From Phycisphaeraceae bacterium (GTDB lineage Bacteria; Planctomycetota; Phycisphaerae; Phycisphaerales; Phycisphaeraceae): a DNA stretch of 64,000 bases. Shown here piece by piece: positions 1 through 9,849 of the stretch. The stretch lies in NCBI GenBank assembly GCA_963674705.1, contig OY771506.1:4800001-4864000 (forward strand), read 5' to 3'. The position numbers and the translations under genes were made by a program. Numbering within the stretch: the first letter of the stretch is position 1; the number at the start of each line of letters is the position of its first letter. The notes beneath the pieces are model-generated. The model ran no database searches. It worked only from the letters and a program-made list of their open reading frames with translations, and had not been told where the DNA came from.

Positions 1-360
1 ATTGATATCCAGGGGCCATCAGCCACACCAAACCAAACCGTCAACAACGCGCTTTACTATGTGGATTACGTTGGCTGGAACACACAGACACTCGATCGCT
101 GGATGCGGCCCAAGCGGATCGGTGATTTCGATCGAGGTGCATCCAAGAAGATTGTCTGTGGAGATTGGAACTGGTTCCCGGATCATCACTGGTCGGAAGC
201 CAAGACGCGCTGGCATGATACGGGCGACCGTACTTTTAACATGGTGTTCGCGGATGGGCATGCAGAACGGTTCACTTTCGGCACAGATGTTGAGACTGCT
301 GCACACGGCACCAGCGCTTACTACGGCAAAGTTGATCCCGACGAGCACGGATATTGGTAA
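1..360 (+). CDS. C-terminal part of a prepilin-type / DUF1559-like protein with H-X9-DG motif (5' end outside window)
   Basis: Frame open from base 1 to TAA at 358-360; RWHDTGDRTFNMVFADGHA matches the C-terminal motif of planctomycete pilin-like proteins. Confidence 0.8.
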   Translation: MDIQGPSATPNQTVNNALYYVDYVGWNTQTLDRWMRPKRIGDFDRGASKKIVCGDWNWFPDHHWSEAKTRWHDTGDRTFNMVFADGHAERFTFGTDVETAAHGTSAYYGKVDPDEHGYW

Positions 361-427
361 ACCCATGCGCGTACATGGCGTGTAATGCGGTAAGACTTGA
401 ATAACAGTCTATTTGGAGGATTTGGAT

Positions 428-2164
428 ATGCAGTTGAAGACTCATACGACCGCCCTGATGAGCATGCTGGTATTGGGCATGACAGGTGCTAACGTATACG
501 CTGCGGTTAATGGATCAGATAATGTTGACGATCCGGCATACATCGGCGGACTCGCGGGTGGGACCAATGGCGGCTCAGGCTTCTTGCCATGGACCTTGAC
601 TCAGAATGCCACGACGAATGGTTATGCCGGGTTTTATGCCGGCAATCCCGGTGGCATCGATAATATCGCTTCGCCAAGCGGCAATGTCTGGGCATCGTAT
701 GCCAACAAGGGCGACGGCGTTGATCAGACGACCGCATACCGTGGCTTTGTTGAGTCACTCGACGGTGTTGGCGACTCATTCTCGATCTCTCTGGAGAATG
801 GCTATATCAATGGCACAGCCGGATTCTCGCTACGAAACGGAAACGTTACGACCACGGCCAGCGACTTCTCCTCCGGCGCTCGGATGGAATTACAACTCAA
901 TGGCGGTGACTCGACTTACACGCTCGTGGATGCCGATGGTGAATATGATACAGGCGTGGGCTTCAGCTTTTTCGGCATCGATGCCACTGTCTACATGACC
1001 GGCGCCGATACCTATGACATCGAGATCATTCGATACAACGAGCCGAATGATCCAAACCCGCAAATCACCATCATCTCCGGTCGAACGCTGGCCGGGAGCG
1101 GAACGATCGACTCAGTCGCCATCTACAACCAGGACACCGAAACCCAATCCGACGCTTTCTTCAACAACCTCAGTTACACCTCCGGCGTTAATTCGGGCTC
1201 GGACACCACGTTGAATCCTGATTACGACTTCGGCTGGTTCGCCGCCACCGGTGACATCGGTACGGGACTGGGTCCCTGGGAGTTTGCTTACGGCCCAAGC
1301 GCCAGCGGCTTTGCCGGCTTCTTCTTACAGGAGAACCCGGGTAACGGCATTGACAACGTCGGACAGCCTACCGTACAGGACGGCAGCGCCTGGGCCATCT
1401 ATGCCAACAAAGGCGACGACGTTGATAGTGCTACCGCTTACCGCACATTCGATGATCCGCTATCGGACAGCGGCGACAGTTTTACAGTCGCATTTGAGAA
1501 CGGGTTTATTGACACCAATGGCAAGGTCGGCTTCACACTCCGCAACGGCAACACCACTGCGCTCACCGACGACTACAACACCGATGCCCGTCTCGAATTC
1601 TTCTTCAACGGCGGAGATGGCAACTTTACGATCGTTGATGCCGACGGTGAATTCGATACCGGTGTGCCTTTCACGTTTTTCGGCGTGGAAGTGAGCGTCA
1701 CCCTGACCAGTGCGGATTCCTACGACATAGAAATCTTGCGCTTCGATGAAGCAAACGACGCCACTCCCGAGATCACAACCATCAACGGTCGTACACTGAC
1801 CGGCTCCGGCTCGATCGATTCGCTTGCGATTTTCTCACGAGATGCCGCGACACAAAGCGATTTATTCTTCAACAATCTTAGTATCATCACCGATGCAACT
1901 ATCATCCTGCCGGGCGATCTTAACGGAGACGGCTTTGTCGGCCTCGACGACCTGGACATCATCCTCATTCATTGGAACCAGAACGTCACCCCGGGTGATC
2001 TACTGCTCGGTGATGTGACCGGCGATGGGTATGTCGGTCTCAGCGATCTCGACGAGGTGCTCAACAACTGGAACACCGGCACACCACCAACCTCGGTCGT
2101 CCCCGAACCCGAGACCGTGGCGCTACTCACGTTGGGCGGGTTGGCAATGATGAAGCGTCGTTAA
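428..2164 (+). CDS. Secreted PEP-CTERM protein with two tandem ~230-aa beta-rich domains and a dockerin-like module
   Basis: GGAGG RBS before ATG 428; signal peptide; internal repeat (WASYANKGDGVD/WAIYANKGDDVD, DADGEYDTGV/DADGEFDTGV); GDLNGDGFVGLDDLD motif; VPEP-TM-KRR tail. Confidence 0.85.
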   Translation: MQLKTHTTALMSMLVLGMTGANVYAAVNGSDNVDDPAYIGGLAGGTNGGSGFLPWTLTQNATTNGYAGFYAGNPGGIDNIASPSGNVWASYANKGDGVDQTTAYRGFVESLDGVGDSFSISLENGYINGTAGFSLRNGNVTTTASDFSSGARMELQLNGGDSTYTLVDADGEYDTGVGFSFFGIDATVYMTGADTYDIEIIRYNEPNDPNPQITIISGRTLAGSGTIDSVAIYNQDTETQSDAFFNNLSYTSGVNSGSDTTLNPDYDFGWFAATGDIGTGLGPWEFAYGPSASGFAGFFLQENPGNGIDNVGQPTVQDGSAWAIYANKGDDVDSATAYRTFDDPLSDSGDSFTVAFENGFIDTNGKVGFTLRNGNTTALTDDYNTDARLEFFFNGGDGNFTIVDADGEFDTGVPFTFFGVEVSVTLTSADSYDIEILRFDEANDATPEITTINGRTLTGSGSIDSLAIFSRDAATQSDLFFNNLSIITDATIILPGDLNGDGFVGLDDLDIILIHWNQNVTPGDLLLGDVTGDGYVGLSDLDEVLNNWNTGTPPTSVVPEPETVALLTLGGLAMMKRR

Positions 2165-2272
2165 CGTGCATTCCACCGATCGTATGCAATGACCATACGC
2201 TCGGATTCTATCGTTTGCGTGAAGATGTGTAACACGCATTGAGTCTGATTCACTTTGATGGAGGAGAAAGAT

Positions 2273-3046
2273 ATGATCAACTTCGGCAAGACATGCCTCG
2301 TCGCATCGCTTGGTGTATTGCTCTCGGCGGCCACCACCCAGGCGGCGGGGATCGACAGTGACAATGCCAGCGCGGCGGTGTACGCTGACGGCTGGGATCA
2401 GTACGACGACGGATCGGTGAATCCCAACGGCTTAGGCGGTTGGGTGCTAGGTGGTAACGCCATCGATGGATCGACCATCGACATCACCAGTTCGATTAGC
2501 CTGGGCAGCGGAAGCGGCTCGATCGACAGCGCCGACGTGGCCTTCAAGATCCATGACACCACAGGCGGTTTCGTGGACCTGTTCCGCTTCTTTGATCCTG
2601 CGGGACTGGACGCCGGCGAGACTTTTTCGATCGACATGGCAGTGAACTACCGCGGTGGTTACAAAGGTATCGACCTGCGCAGCGATGTCGGTGACGCCAC
2701 GATCTTCAACTTCAACATTGGCGGTGACGATTACGCCGTCAGCCAGGCCTTAACAGGCAACGGCAGTATCGGTAACGCCTACTCAAACGACACGGTGTTC
2801 CACCTTGAGTTCACGCAAACCACGCTTGCCGGCGGCACCTGGGCGATCACCCGCTCTGGCGGTGTTTCGGACTATGATTCCGGCACCTACACCGGCCGTG
2901 CCAAGAGTTTCAAACTCTACAGCGGCAGCCAAGGAACGTTGAACGAAGATGCACTGTTCGTTAACAATCTGGCAATCATACCCGAGCCGGCCTCCCTGGC
3001 ACTACTGGGTATCGGCGGGCTGGCGATGCTCAAGCGTCGCAGTTGA
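2273..3046 (+). CDS. Secreted PEP-CTERM protein, single domain, distantly similar to the repeat of the upstream protein
   Basis: GGAGGAG RBS, signal peptide, IPEPASLALLGIGGLAMLKRRS tail; shares TFSIDM / LFVNNLAI-type segments with 428..2164. Confidence 0.85.
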   Translation: MINFGKTCLVASLGVLLSAATTQAAGIDSDNASAAVYADGWDQYDDGSVNPNGLGGWVLGGNAIDGSTIDITSSISLGSGSGSIDSADVAFKIHDTTGGFVDLFRFFDPAGLDAGETFSIDMAVNYRGGYKGIDLRSDVGDATIFNFNIGGDDYAVSQALTGNGSIGNAYSNDTVFHLEFTQTTLAGGTWAITRSGGVSDYDSGTYTGRAKSFKLYSGSQGTLNEDALFVNNLAIIPEPASLALLGIGGLAMLKRRS

Positions 3047-3163
3047 CACTGAAACTACTTCGCGCCCGGTCATATAAATATGGCCGAGCGCATTCAATTT
3101 TATGCCATGGGCATAATGACGTACTTTGCCTGAGAATACGCGTCGTAAAAGAAAGTAAGTACC

Positions 3164-5227
3164 TTGTTCCATAAAGCATACGACCCACAGCAGATGATCG
3201 GTCATCCACGCATGTTGATGGCCGCGCTGTTGGCCGGACTATTCTTGCTGTGCACACCTGCACCGCCGACGTGGGCGATCAGTATTGCACGTATCGGTAG
3301 TGATAAGGCACGCTACGATGTGACCGAACGGGTGGAACTGGATGCGCTGTTGTCAGGAACAGTGACCGGCAATCAGGAGATCCAGATCACCTACCGCCAT
3401 CTGGCGGACATTGTGTACACAGAAACCATCCCCGTGACCTCCCGCGGGCTGAGTTGGAATTGGACACCGCCTAGCATCGACTACCGAGGTTACACCGTCG
3501 AACTGGAGGTAGTCGAAAATGGCGTGACGACGCAGACCAGTTCGTTCGCGATTGATGTCTCGTCTGACTGGGCGAAGTTCCCTCGTTACGGTTTTCTCTC
3601 GGACTATCCGAACCTGACAAATATCGGGATCGAGTCGGTCATCGACGACCTTAATCGTTACCACATTAACGGACTGCAGTTTTATGATTGGGCCGACAAG
3701 CACCACGACCCGCTCGCGGATACGGATGGTACACCCGACGCCACGTGGCAGGACATAGCCAACCGCACGCAGTATCTCTCGAGTATCTCGGAATATATCC
3801 AACAGGCCCATGATAAAAACATGATGGCGATGTCGTACAACCTCGCCTACGGCACTTACGACAACGCTGCCGCCGATGGCGTGCAGTCGTCCTGGGCGCT
3901 ATACACCGATGCCTCGGGCACGCATCAGGACATGCATCAGGTGCCCGAAGGTTGGGAGAGCGACCTGTACTTGATTGATCCATCCAACACCGACTGGCGC
4001 AACTACATCGCGGGTAAGACGGCTGAGGCGTTTAGCGCTTTAGCATTTGACGGCTGGCATATCGATCAACTCGGCGACCGTGGTAACGTCTACAACAATG
4101 CGGGCTCGCAGGTGGATCTGGCCAACGCACTCGGTCCATTCGCCGACGCGATGAAGACCTCACTTAACACCCAAACTATCGTTAACGCTGTCAATCAGTT
4201 CGGCCAGTCAAGCATCGTAAACTCAAATGTCGAATTCCTATACACGGAGGTCTGGAACCCGAACAATCATTACAACGACTTGGCCACGATCATCCAGAAC
4301 AACTACGCGCTGAGCAGCGGACGGTTGAACAGCGTCCTTGCCGCTTACGTGAATTATAACCCTGACAACGAGGTGGGCACGTTCAACACCACCTCGGTCT
4401 TGCTCACCGATGCGGTTATCTTCGCCTTTGGTGGAGCTCATCTGGAGTTGGGCGAACACATGCTGGCAAATGAGTACTTCCCTGCCGACAATCAGCAGAT
4501 GACGTTGGACCTGCGTGACCGACTCACAATGTACTACGACTTCCTGGTCGGCTACGAAAACCTGCTACGCGACGGCGGGACGTTCGGATCCAACACGATG
4601 CGTTCAAGTAACACCGACGTCACCATGTGGCCGGCCCAGCAAGGTAAAGTCTCGATCGTCAACAAAACAGTTGGGGATCGTGAGGTATTCCACCTGATCA
4701 ACTTCACCGATGCGGTAAATATGGACTGGCGCGATACGGACGGTTTGCAGCCTGAGCCCTCGGTGATTCCCGACATCGTCCTGAGTTTCATCAGTGAACA
4801 GATCATCGGCAAGTTGTGGGCAACATCACCGGACAACGGAGGCTTGCCAACCGAATTAAGCTTCACACAGGATGGTTCTGGGCTGGTGAGTTTCACTTTG
4901 CCATCACTGGAATACTGGACGATGATCGTGGCTGAGCCGGTCCTTCAGCTTGAAGGTGACGTCAATGGTGATGGATACGTCGGGCTGGAAGACCTGGATG
5001 TGCTGCTTAACAACTGGAACCAGAGCGTACCGGTTGGCGACAAGAGCCAGGGCGACCTTGCGGGAATCGGCGATGGATTCGTCGGCCTTGAAGATCTGGA
5101 CATCATCCTCAACAACTGGAACGCCGGCACACCGCCAGTTGTCAGTGCCAATATCCCAGAGCCAACCGCCTGTGTGATTGTCATGGGATATCTGTCTGTA
5201 CTCAGTCTGCGAAGATGTACAGCTTGA
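3164..5227 (+). CDS. Glycoside hydrolase family 66 (dextranase / cycloisomaltooligosaccharide glucanotransferase family) with dockerin-like module and PEP-CTERM
   Basis: DVSSDWAKFPRYGF, LQFYDW, DGWHIDQLG, LYTEVW, GGAHLELGE motifs; start codon uncertain (TTG 3164 or a downstream ATG). Confidence 0.88.
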   Translation: MFHKAYDPQQMIGHPRMLMAALLAGLFLLCTPAPPTWAISIARIGSDKARYDVTERVELDALLSGTVTGNQEIQITYRHLADIVYTETIPVTSRGLSWNWTPPSIDYRGYTVELEVVENGVTTQTSSFAIDVSSDWAKFPRYGFLSDYPNLTNIGIESVIDDLNRYHINGLQFYDWADKHHDPLADTDGTPDATWQDIANRTQYLSSISEYIQQAHDKNMMAMSYNLAYGTYDNAAADGVQSSWALYTDASGTHQDMHQVPEGWESDLYLIDPSNTDWRNYIAGKTAEAFSALAFDGWHIDQLGDRGNVYNNAGSQVDLANALGPFADAMKTSLNTQTIVNAVNQFGQSSIVNSNVEFLYTEVWNPNNHYNDLATIIQNNYALSSGRLNSVLAAYVNYNPDNEVGTFNTTSVLLTDAVIFAFGGAHLELGEHMLANEYFPADNQQMTLDLRDRLTMYYDFLVGYENLLRDGGTFGSNTMRSSNTDVTMWPAQQGKVSIVNKTVGDREVFHLINFTDAVNMDWRDTDGLQPEPSVIPDIVLSFISEQIIGKLWATSPDNGGLPTELSFTQDGSGLVSFTLPSLEYWTMIVAEPVLQLEGDVNGDGYVGLEDLDVLLNNWNQSVPVGDKSQGDLAGIGDGFVGLEDLDIILNNWNAGTPPVVSANIPEPTACVIVMGYLSVLSLRRCTA

Positions 5228-5619
5228 GTCCGGCTTGACTTCTTCTGCTCGCGACTGACAACAGGTTGTTTATGTGTATTGCAGTTACCCAGCGGATTGT
5301 GTTTTGGATTATCGGCAAGTTATCGACACGTTCTTACGAGCTAGAGTCCAAAATTACACACAAGTGGGATACGACATAATTAGCGACTGCGTCTTTTCGA
5401 TAGAAGTTCGCATGAAACTATGCAATTCTGCCCAGTTGCTCCTCGGATAATTGACACTGTTGCTGTACCATGGCTGAGGACAACCGTTCAATGCACTCTG
5501 ATTAATGTAGCAGTTCAAGTTTGCCAAAGGTACGATGCTCCTCCAAAACATATTCATTTACTTCAGACCTACGTTATTAGGTCCGAATATAACGTCACTG
5601 TAGATAATACTCGGTGTTG

Positions 5620-5649
5620 TGACCTCACCCCACACAAAGGGTGAGGTCA
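5620..5649. repeat. Inverted repeat TGACCTCACCC-8nt-GGGTGAGGTCA; arms match the tRNA-Ile sequence 3' of the anticodon loop
   Basis: 11-bp perfect arms read directly; degenerate homolog at 45155-45184 at nearly the same distance from the tRNA fragment. Confidence 0.8.
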
Positions 5650-5819
5650 TAAGATAAGAGTGCAATGTGTATCACATGGACTATATATAGATTGCCCCGC
5701 CAACAGCACAACTTGAACGGATTCGCAAAACGGTAGAACGACGGTCAATACGGTCAACCATATTCACAAGTGCGCCTTCACCTATTCTGTAAAACTGAGA
5801 TCATACAAACAGATGCAAA

Positions 5820-5862
5820 TGGGCCCGGCAGGGCTTGAACCTGCGACCTCACCCTTATCAGG
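5820..5862 (-). repeat. tRNA-Ile(GAU) 3' fragment, att-like site, copy 1
   Basis: Minus strand reads CCTGATAAGGGTGAGGTCGCAGGTTCAAGCCCTGCCGGGCCCA: anticodon loop CTGATAA, T-arm GCAGG-TTCAAGC-CCTGC, 3' acceptor strand; no D-arm or 5' half. Confidence 0.9.
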
Positions 5863-5917
5863 CAAACACCCGCAAAACACGTAAGCCAATTACACACAGC
5901 ATCTTAACCCCAAATCA

Positions 5918-5973
5918 CACTTTCGCAATTCTTCGCATTCTTTCGCATTTTGTCGCGTTTTTTCGCGGTAACC
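5918..5973 (+). repeat. Five tandem 10-bp units (consensus TTCTTTCGCA) ending in GTAACC
   Basis: cactttcgca-attcttcgca-ttctttcgca-ttttgtcgcg-ttttttcgcg-gtaacc. Confidence 0.9.
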
Positions 5974-6290
5974 CCATCACTTTTTCGCTTAAGTGAAGGA
6001 GATACTTTCTGCGGTTTCATCGCAATATACCGCCATGGCATCGAGTTAAAAAGTACCACCAACTACTAACAGACGCATGAAGATATGCCCTTCCACGGCC
6101 AGCAGCACAGGTCAGGATCAGCTAAATGAACACCAACATAAAATACCCTTAATCCCAGTTTCCCTACCCATCCGGTTCGTTATCGTGCTTCGATTAGTGT
6201 GGCCTGATCAATCCACACTGCCCCCCGCCCCCCAGCCGGACGTTGGAATTGGAACGTAACCTGTGGTCTTGACCCCGTCCTTGGCCCACG

Positions 6291-7151
6291 TCAAGTGCAA
6301 CTTGTACAGTGTAACTCAGGTTGGGTTGGCGGTGGAGGCGCAGCCGGAATCGCCACCCCAACCTGAGCCACGAACTGCTCCGGGGTCTGATTCTTCAGGC
6401 TGCTGTGCGGACGCACCGCGTTGTAATCATTACGCCAAGCCTCGATCTTTTCGCAGGCGTCGTTCAGGCTCAAGAACCAATGTGTATTCAAACACTCCTG
6501 GCGGAATCGCGCGTTGAACGACTCGATCGTCGCGTTCTCAGTCGGCTTGCCGGGCCGGCTGAAGTCCAGCTTCACGTTGTTCCAATACGCCCATAGGTCC
6601 ACGTCCTTCGAGATAAACTCCGGGCCGTTATCCACCTGGATCGACGACGGGAATCCGTGCTCCGTTGCCACGCGCTCCAGCACCTCGACCACGTCGATTC
6701 CTCGGACACGTGGAGCCGCGTGTAGCGCCAACGACTCTCGGGTACAGTTGTCAACCAGCGTGAGTACCCGGAACCGCCGGCCATCGAACAGTTGATCCGA
6801 CACGAAGTCCATCGACCAACGCTGGTTCTTCTTCTCCGCCGTCGGCAGCACTTCACGTTTTACGCACGCTACACGGCGTCCGGGCACCTTCTTACGCATG
6901 ACCAGGCCCTCTTGCTTGTACAACCGGTACACCCGCTTGGCGTTCACCCGCCAGCCTTCGCGTCGAAGCAGCACATGCAACCGACGGTAGCCGTACGCCA
7001 CGCGCGTTTCGGCCAGTTCCGGCAACCGACACCGAAGCGCCTCCTGCGGCGACTTCACCGATAAGTACCGAACCGTTGATCGTCCAACCCCCAACGCATC
7101 ACATGCCCGCCTCTCGCTGACCCGGTAAGCCACTATCGTTCGGCCCACCAA
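6291..7151 (-). CDS. IS3-family transposase OrfB (DDE)
   Basis: YGYRR, WSMDF, VDNGPEF, IESFNARFRQECL, YNAVRPHSSL. Confidence 0.92.
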   Translation of the reverse strand: MVGRTIVAYRVSERRACDALGVGRSTVRYLSVKSPQEALRCRLPELAETRVAYGYRRLHVLLRREGWRVNAKRVYRLYKQEGLVMRKKVPGRRVACVKREVLPTAEKKNQRWSMDFVSDQLFDGRRFRVLTLVDNCTRESLALHAAPRVRGIDVVEVLERVATEHGFPSSIQVDNGPEFISKDVDLWAYWNNVKLDFSRPGKPTENATIESFNARFRQECLNTHWFLSLNDACEKIEAWRNDYNAVRPHSSLKNQTPEQFVAQVGVAIPAAPPPPTQPELHCTSCT

Positions 7152-7171
7152 GTTACGCCTGGAGGCGGGCT

Positions 7172-7435
7172 TCAGAGCTTTCCCTTGAGGGCATCCTGAA
7201 GGATGTGCTTGTCTAGTGACAGGTCCGCCACCAGCTGCTTGAGCTTGCGGTTCTCCTGCTCCAACTGCTTGAGTCGACGCATCTCAGACACGCCTAGCCC
7301 GTCAAACTTCTGCTTCCAGCGGTAGAACATCGCCTCGGAAATACCCATCTTCCGCACGACCTCACTGACCGCCGTGCCCGACTACGCCTGCCGTAACGCG
7401 AACGCGATCTGGGCTTCCGTGTGTCGTTTCATCAT
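7172..7435 (-). pseudogene. IS3 transposase OrfA interrupted by an in-frame TAG
   Basis: MMKRHTEAQIAFALRQA*SGTAVSEVVRKMGISEAMFYRWKQKF; TAG at 7384-7382 where GAG (Glu) would be expected. Confidence 0.85.
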
Positions 7436-7538
7436 CAGTTGCTCCTTTCTGGTGGCCTAACATCATCCAAAAAGTCGCATTCGATGTGGAGCAGATTCCC
7501 GGGTCAAGACCAAAATGGACCGTTTGACTCCTAAGGGA

Positions 7539-8447
7539 TCAATTCTTGGCAAATAGACGTCGTTGGGCAGCACGGGCGATCGAGACAACCGCAGGATGTT
7601 TCATACGTCGTTCCATGGATACAGCGTAAAATCGTTCAGTGACTTGCGGGACTTCACCGATCGGTTTCACGCCGTACTGTTTCTGAATTTCATCTACGAT
7701 AGCGGTTGGCCCCGGGAAAACGCCAGCCCCCTGATGCCCGAATACTTTCAGAAGCGCGGTATCCTCAAACTCGGCCCGGATCAATGGGCTGATGTCTTCA
7801 TTGTCGAACCAAAGATCAAGCGCCCGCCGTACGAGTGTATTGGGTGTAGGCAGAAGTACCGGCGCCCCATCCAGCGATTGTGGGAATCGGCGGCGGTAGC
7901 GAGGCGCCACATCCGGCTGAGCAAAGAAGGTAACCGTACACTCGCCCAGTGCGTGGTTATAAGCCCGGACGCCAGTGTCAGCGGTGGCTGGGCTTTCAGT
8001 AATGACCACATCCAGTTCGTGGATCGCCAACTGAGCCAGGAGTTGTGTGGGTTTGCCCTCGTAACAGATCATGCGTACCGGCTCGGGTATCTCCAAGGCG
8101 GGTGCCAGCAGCCGCTGTGCCATCATCTTGGGAACCACGTCTGCGATCCCCACCTGGAACCGTAGCGGGCTGCCCGCCGGCCGGCCCTTGAGTGTGTCCA
8201 TGAGGTCCTTGCCGATCGTAAATATCTCATCAGCGTATCGGTAGACGACCTGTCCGGTATCGGTCAGCACCAGCCGTCGGCCGGAACGCTCGAAAAGCGA
8301 GTGTCCCAGCGCCAGCTCGAGTTTGCGTAGCTGAGCGCTGACGGTGGGCTGGGTCACATTCAGCTCCTCACAGGCGGCGGCGATCGACCCGGCCCGAGCG
8401 ACTGTCCAGAAGTACAGCAGGTGGTGGTAGTTAAGCCAATCTAGCAT
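7539..8447 (-). CDS. nhaR: LysR-family transcriptional activator NhaR
   Basis: LNYHHLLYFWTVAR N-terminus, GIADVVPK, EFEDTALLKVFG, ERRMKHPAV are characteristic of NhaR. Confidence 0.88.
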   Translation of the reverse strand: MLDWLNYHHLLYFWTVARAGSIAAACEELNVTQPTVSAQLRKLELALGHSLFERSGRRLVLTDTGQVVYRYADEIFTIGKDLMDTLKGRPAGSPLRFQVGIADVVPKMMAQRLLAPALEIPEPVRMICYEGKPTQLLAQLAIHELDVVITESPATADTGVRAYNHALGECTVTFFAQPDVAPRYRRRFPQSLDGAPVLLPTPNTLVRRALDLWFDNEDISPLIRAEFEDTALLKVFGHQGAGVFPGPTAIVDEIQKQYGVKPIGEVPQVTERFYAVSMERRMKHPAVVSIARAAQRRLFAKN

Positions 8448-8578
8448 TTTCGACTCCCTGCGACCCGAATGATTGCGGCCACATATACATAGATTTTATC
8501 TATGAATTATATCATTGTTTCGTTATTGTCAATGTGGCCACCGAGGCTAATCTTCTGGTAAATGAATAGGAGTCAGGT

Positions 8579-8944
8579 ATGCGAGTCGAGATAGAGTCAC
8601 GAGAAGTCGCGGTCACAAGCCAGCAACGTCAGCGTTTCGAGCGGCAATTGACCTACTCACTGAGTCGATTCGACCGTCTCATACAACGCGTCATGGTGAG
8701 TATCGAACGACTCAGGGGCCCCACAGGCGGGCTTGATCATCGATGCCGTATACAGGCAAAACTGACAGGACGGCTGACGATAGTCGCGGATGTAAGAGAT
8801 GTGAGTCTGGAACACGTTCTGCACCGGGCATCGGCCCGGGTGGCACGAAGGTTGAGAGAAAAACTGAACAGCCAGGCCGAGAAGTACAAAGCGCATCCTG
8901 TGCCGCCCGGCTCCCCTGAGGTGATCTGGATCAGTGAATTTTAA
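8579..8944 (+). CDS. HPF/RaiA-like (S30EA fold) small protein
   Basis: LSRFDRLIQRVMV...GPTGGLDHRCRIQA pattern; AGGAG RBS; divergent from nhaR. Confidence 0.7.
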   Translation: MRVEIESREVAVTSQQRQRFERQLTYSLSRFDRLIQRVMVSIERLRGPTGGLDHRCRIQAKLTGRLTIVADVRDVSLEHVLHRASARVARRLREKLNSQAEKYKAHPVPPGSPEVIWISEF

Positions 8945-9001
8945 TGAGAATGGTTTGAGACTGTCTTACTGAACGCAAAGCAAGTGAATTGGAGATCAAC
9001 G

Positions 9002-9832
9002 ATGAAGGTCAAACGCATCCTGCTCGGACTGGGCGGCACCGACTACACCCCGGTAGCCATCCAGCATACGGTCGAACTGGCCCGGTTACACGGTGCAGAG
9101 GTTACTGCTGTAACGGTGGTGGATGAATCCCGGCTTACGAATGTGGGCCCGGTGCCGGTGGGCGGTGCGGCCTTCGTAAAAAGGATGCGTGAAAAGCGGA
9201 TAGAAGTAAGCCGTGAGCGTATCGAAGAGGCCATCGAATACTTACAGAAGAACTGTGCGGCCTATCGGGTTCCCTATGAAGTATTGCATGAGAAAGCCGA
9301 ACCGTTCACGCAACTGGCGAACCTCGCACGTTACCACGACGTGATGGTTTTTGGTCTGCGCAGCCTTTTCGACTGCGGCTTTGGGGTGGACGCTCAAGAC
9401 ACGCTGACAAAGCTGGTGCAATACGGTGTCCGTCCGATTATTGCGGTCCCCAACACGTTCAGCCCCTTGCGGCGCGTGCTGCTGACCTACAGCGGGTCGC
9501 CCGAGTCGGCGAAGGCGATCAAACGGTTCATACAGTCCGGGCTCTGGCCTGAAATCCAAATGAAGCTGTTGACATGCGGCCCGAACAAGCATGAGGCAGA
9601 AGCCTTGAACGAGCAGATGGCCCGTTACTGCCGGTCTCACGGTTTCAATCCCGAAATTGAAGTCAGTTTAGACACGCCCCGGCAACGGATTCTTGAATCG
9701 GCCAGCGAATTCGATGCGGACCTGATCGTGATGGGCAACGGGATCCGCAGTTACTGGCTCGATCGACTGTTAGGTAATACCGCATTACACGTGGTGCAAC
9801 ATTCAACCCGCGCTCTCTACATGACGCAGTAA
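9002..9832 (+). CDS. Universal stress protein (tandem Usp domains)
   Basis: KRILLGLGG N-terminus, RRVLLTYSGSPES, ADLIVMG...LLGNTALHVV. Confidence 0.88.
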   Translation: MKVKRILLGLGGTDYTPVAIQHTVELARLHGAEVTAVTVVDESRLTNVGPVPVGGAAFVKRMREKRIEVSRERIEEAIEYLQKNCAAYRVPYEVLHEKAEPFTQLANLARYHDVMVFGLRSLFDCGFGVDAQDTLTKLVQYGVRPIIAVPNTFSPLRRVLLTYSGSPESAKAIKRFIQSGLWPEIQMKLLTCGPNKHEAEALNEQMARYCRSHGFNPEIEVSLDTPRQRILESASEFDADLIVMGNGIRSYWLDRLLGNTALHVVQHSTRALYMTQ

Positions 9833-9849
9833 CCCACAAGGAGCACGCG

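Larger units (their letters stand above)
6264..7512 (-). mobile_element. IS3-family insertion sequence (~1.25 kb), probably inactive
   Basis: Terminal IR TGGTCTTGACCC / GGGTCAAGACCA with TG..CA ends; orfA/orfB organisation; no target duplication visible. Confidence 0.9.

Noticed and set aside
5230..5620. Short ORFs or integrase remnants in AT-rich junction flanks (also 44720-45150, 46750-47300)
   Set aside because: No recognisable motifs by eye; a BLASTX would be needed to exclude highly decayed genes
5820..5862. Functional tRNA-Ile genes at the three copies
   Set aside because: No 5' acceptor strand, D-arm or 5' anticodon stem; only 3' fragments are present
5918..5973. CRISPR array from the TCGC repeats
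   Set aside because: Units are 10 bp, contiguous, have no spacers, and no cas genes are present
7382..7384. Programmed amber readthrough in IS3 orfA
   Set aside because: A single GAG>TAG change explains it; other genes here use TAG as a normal stop
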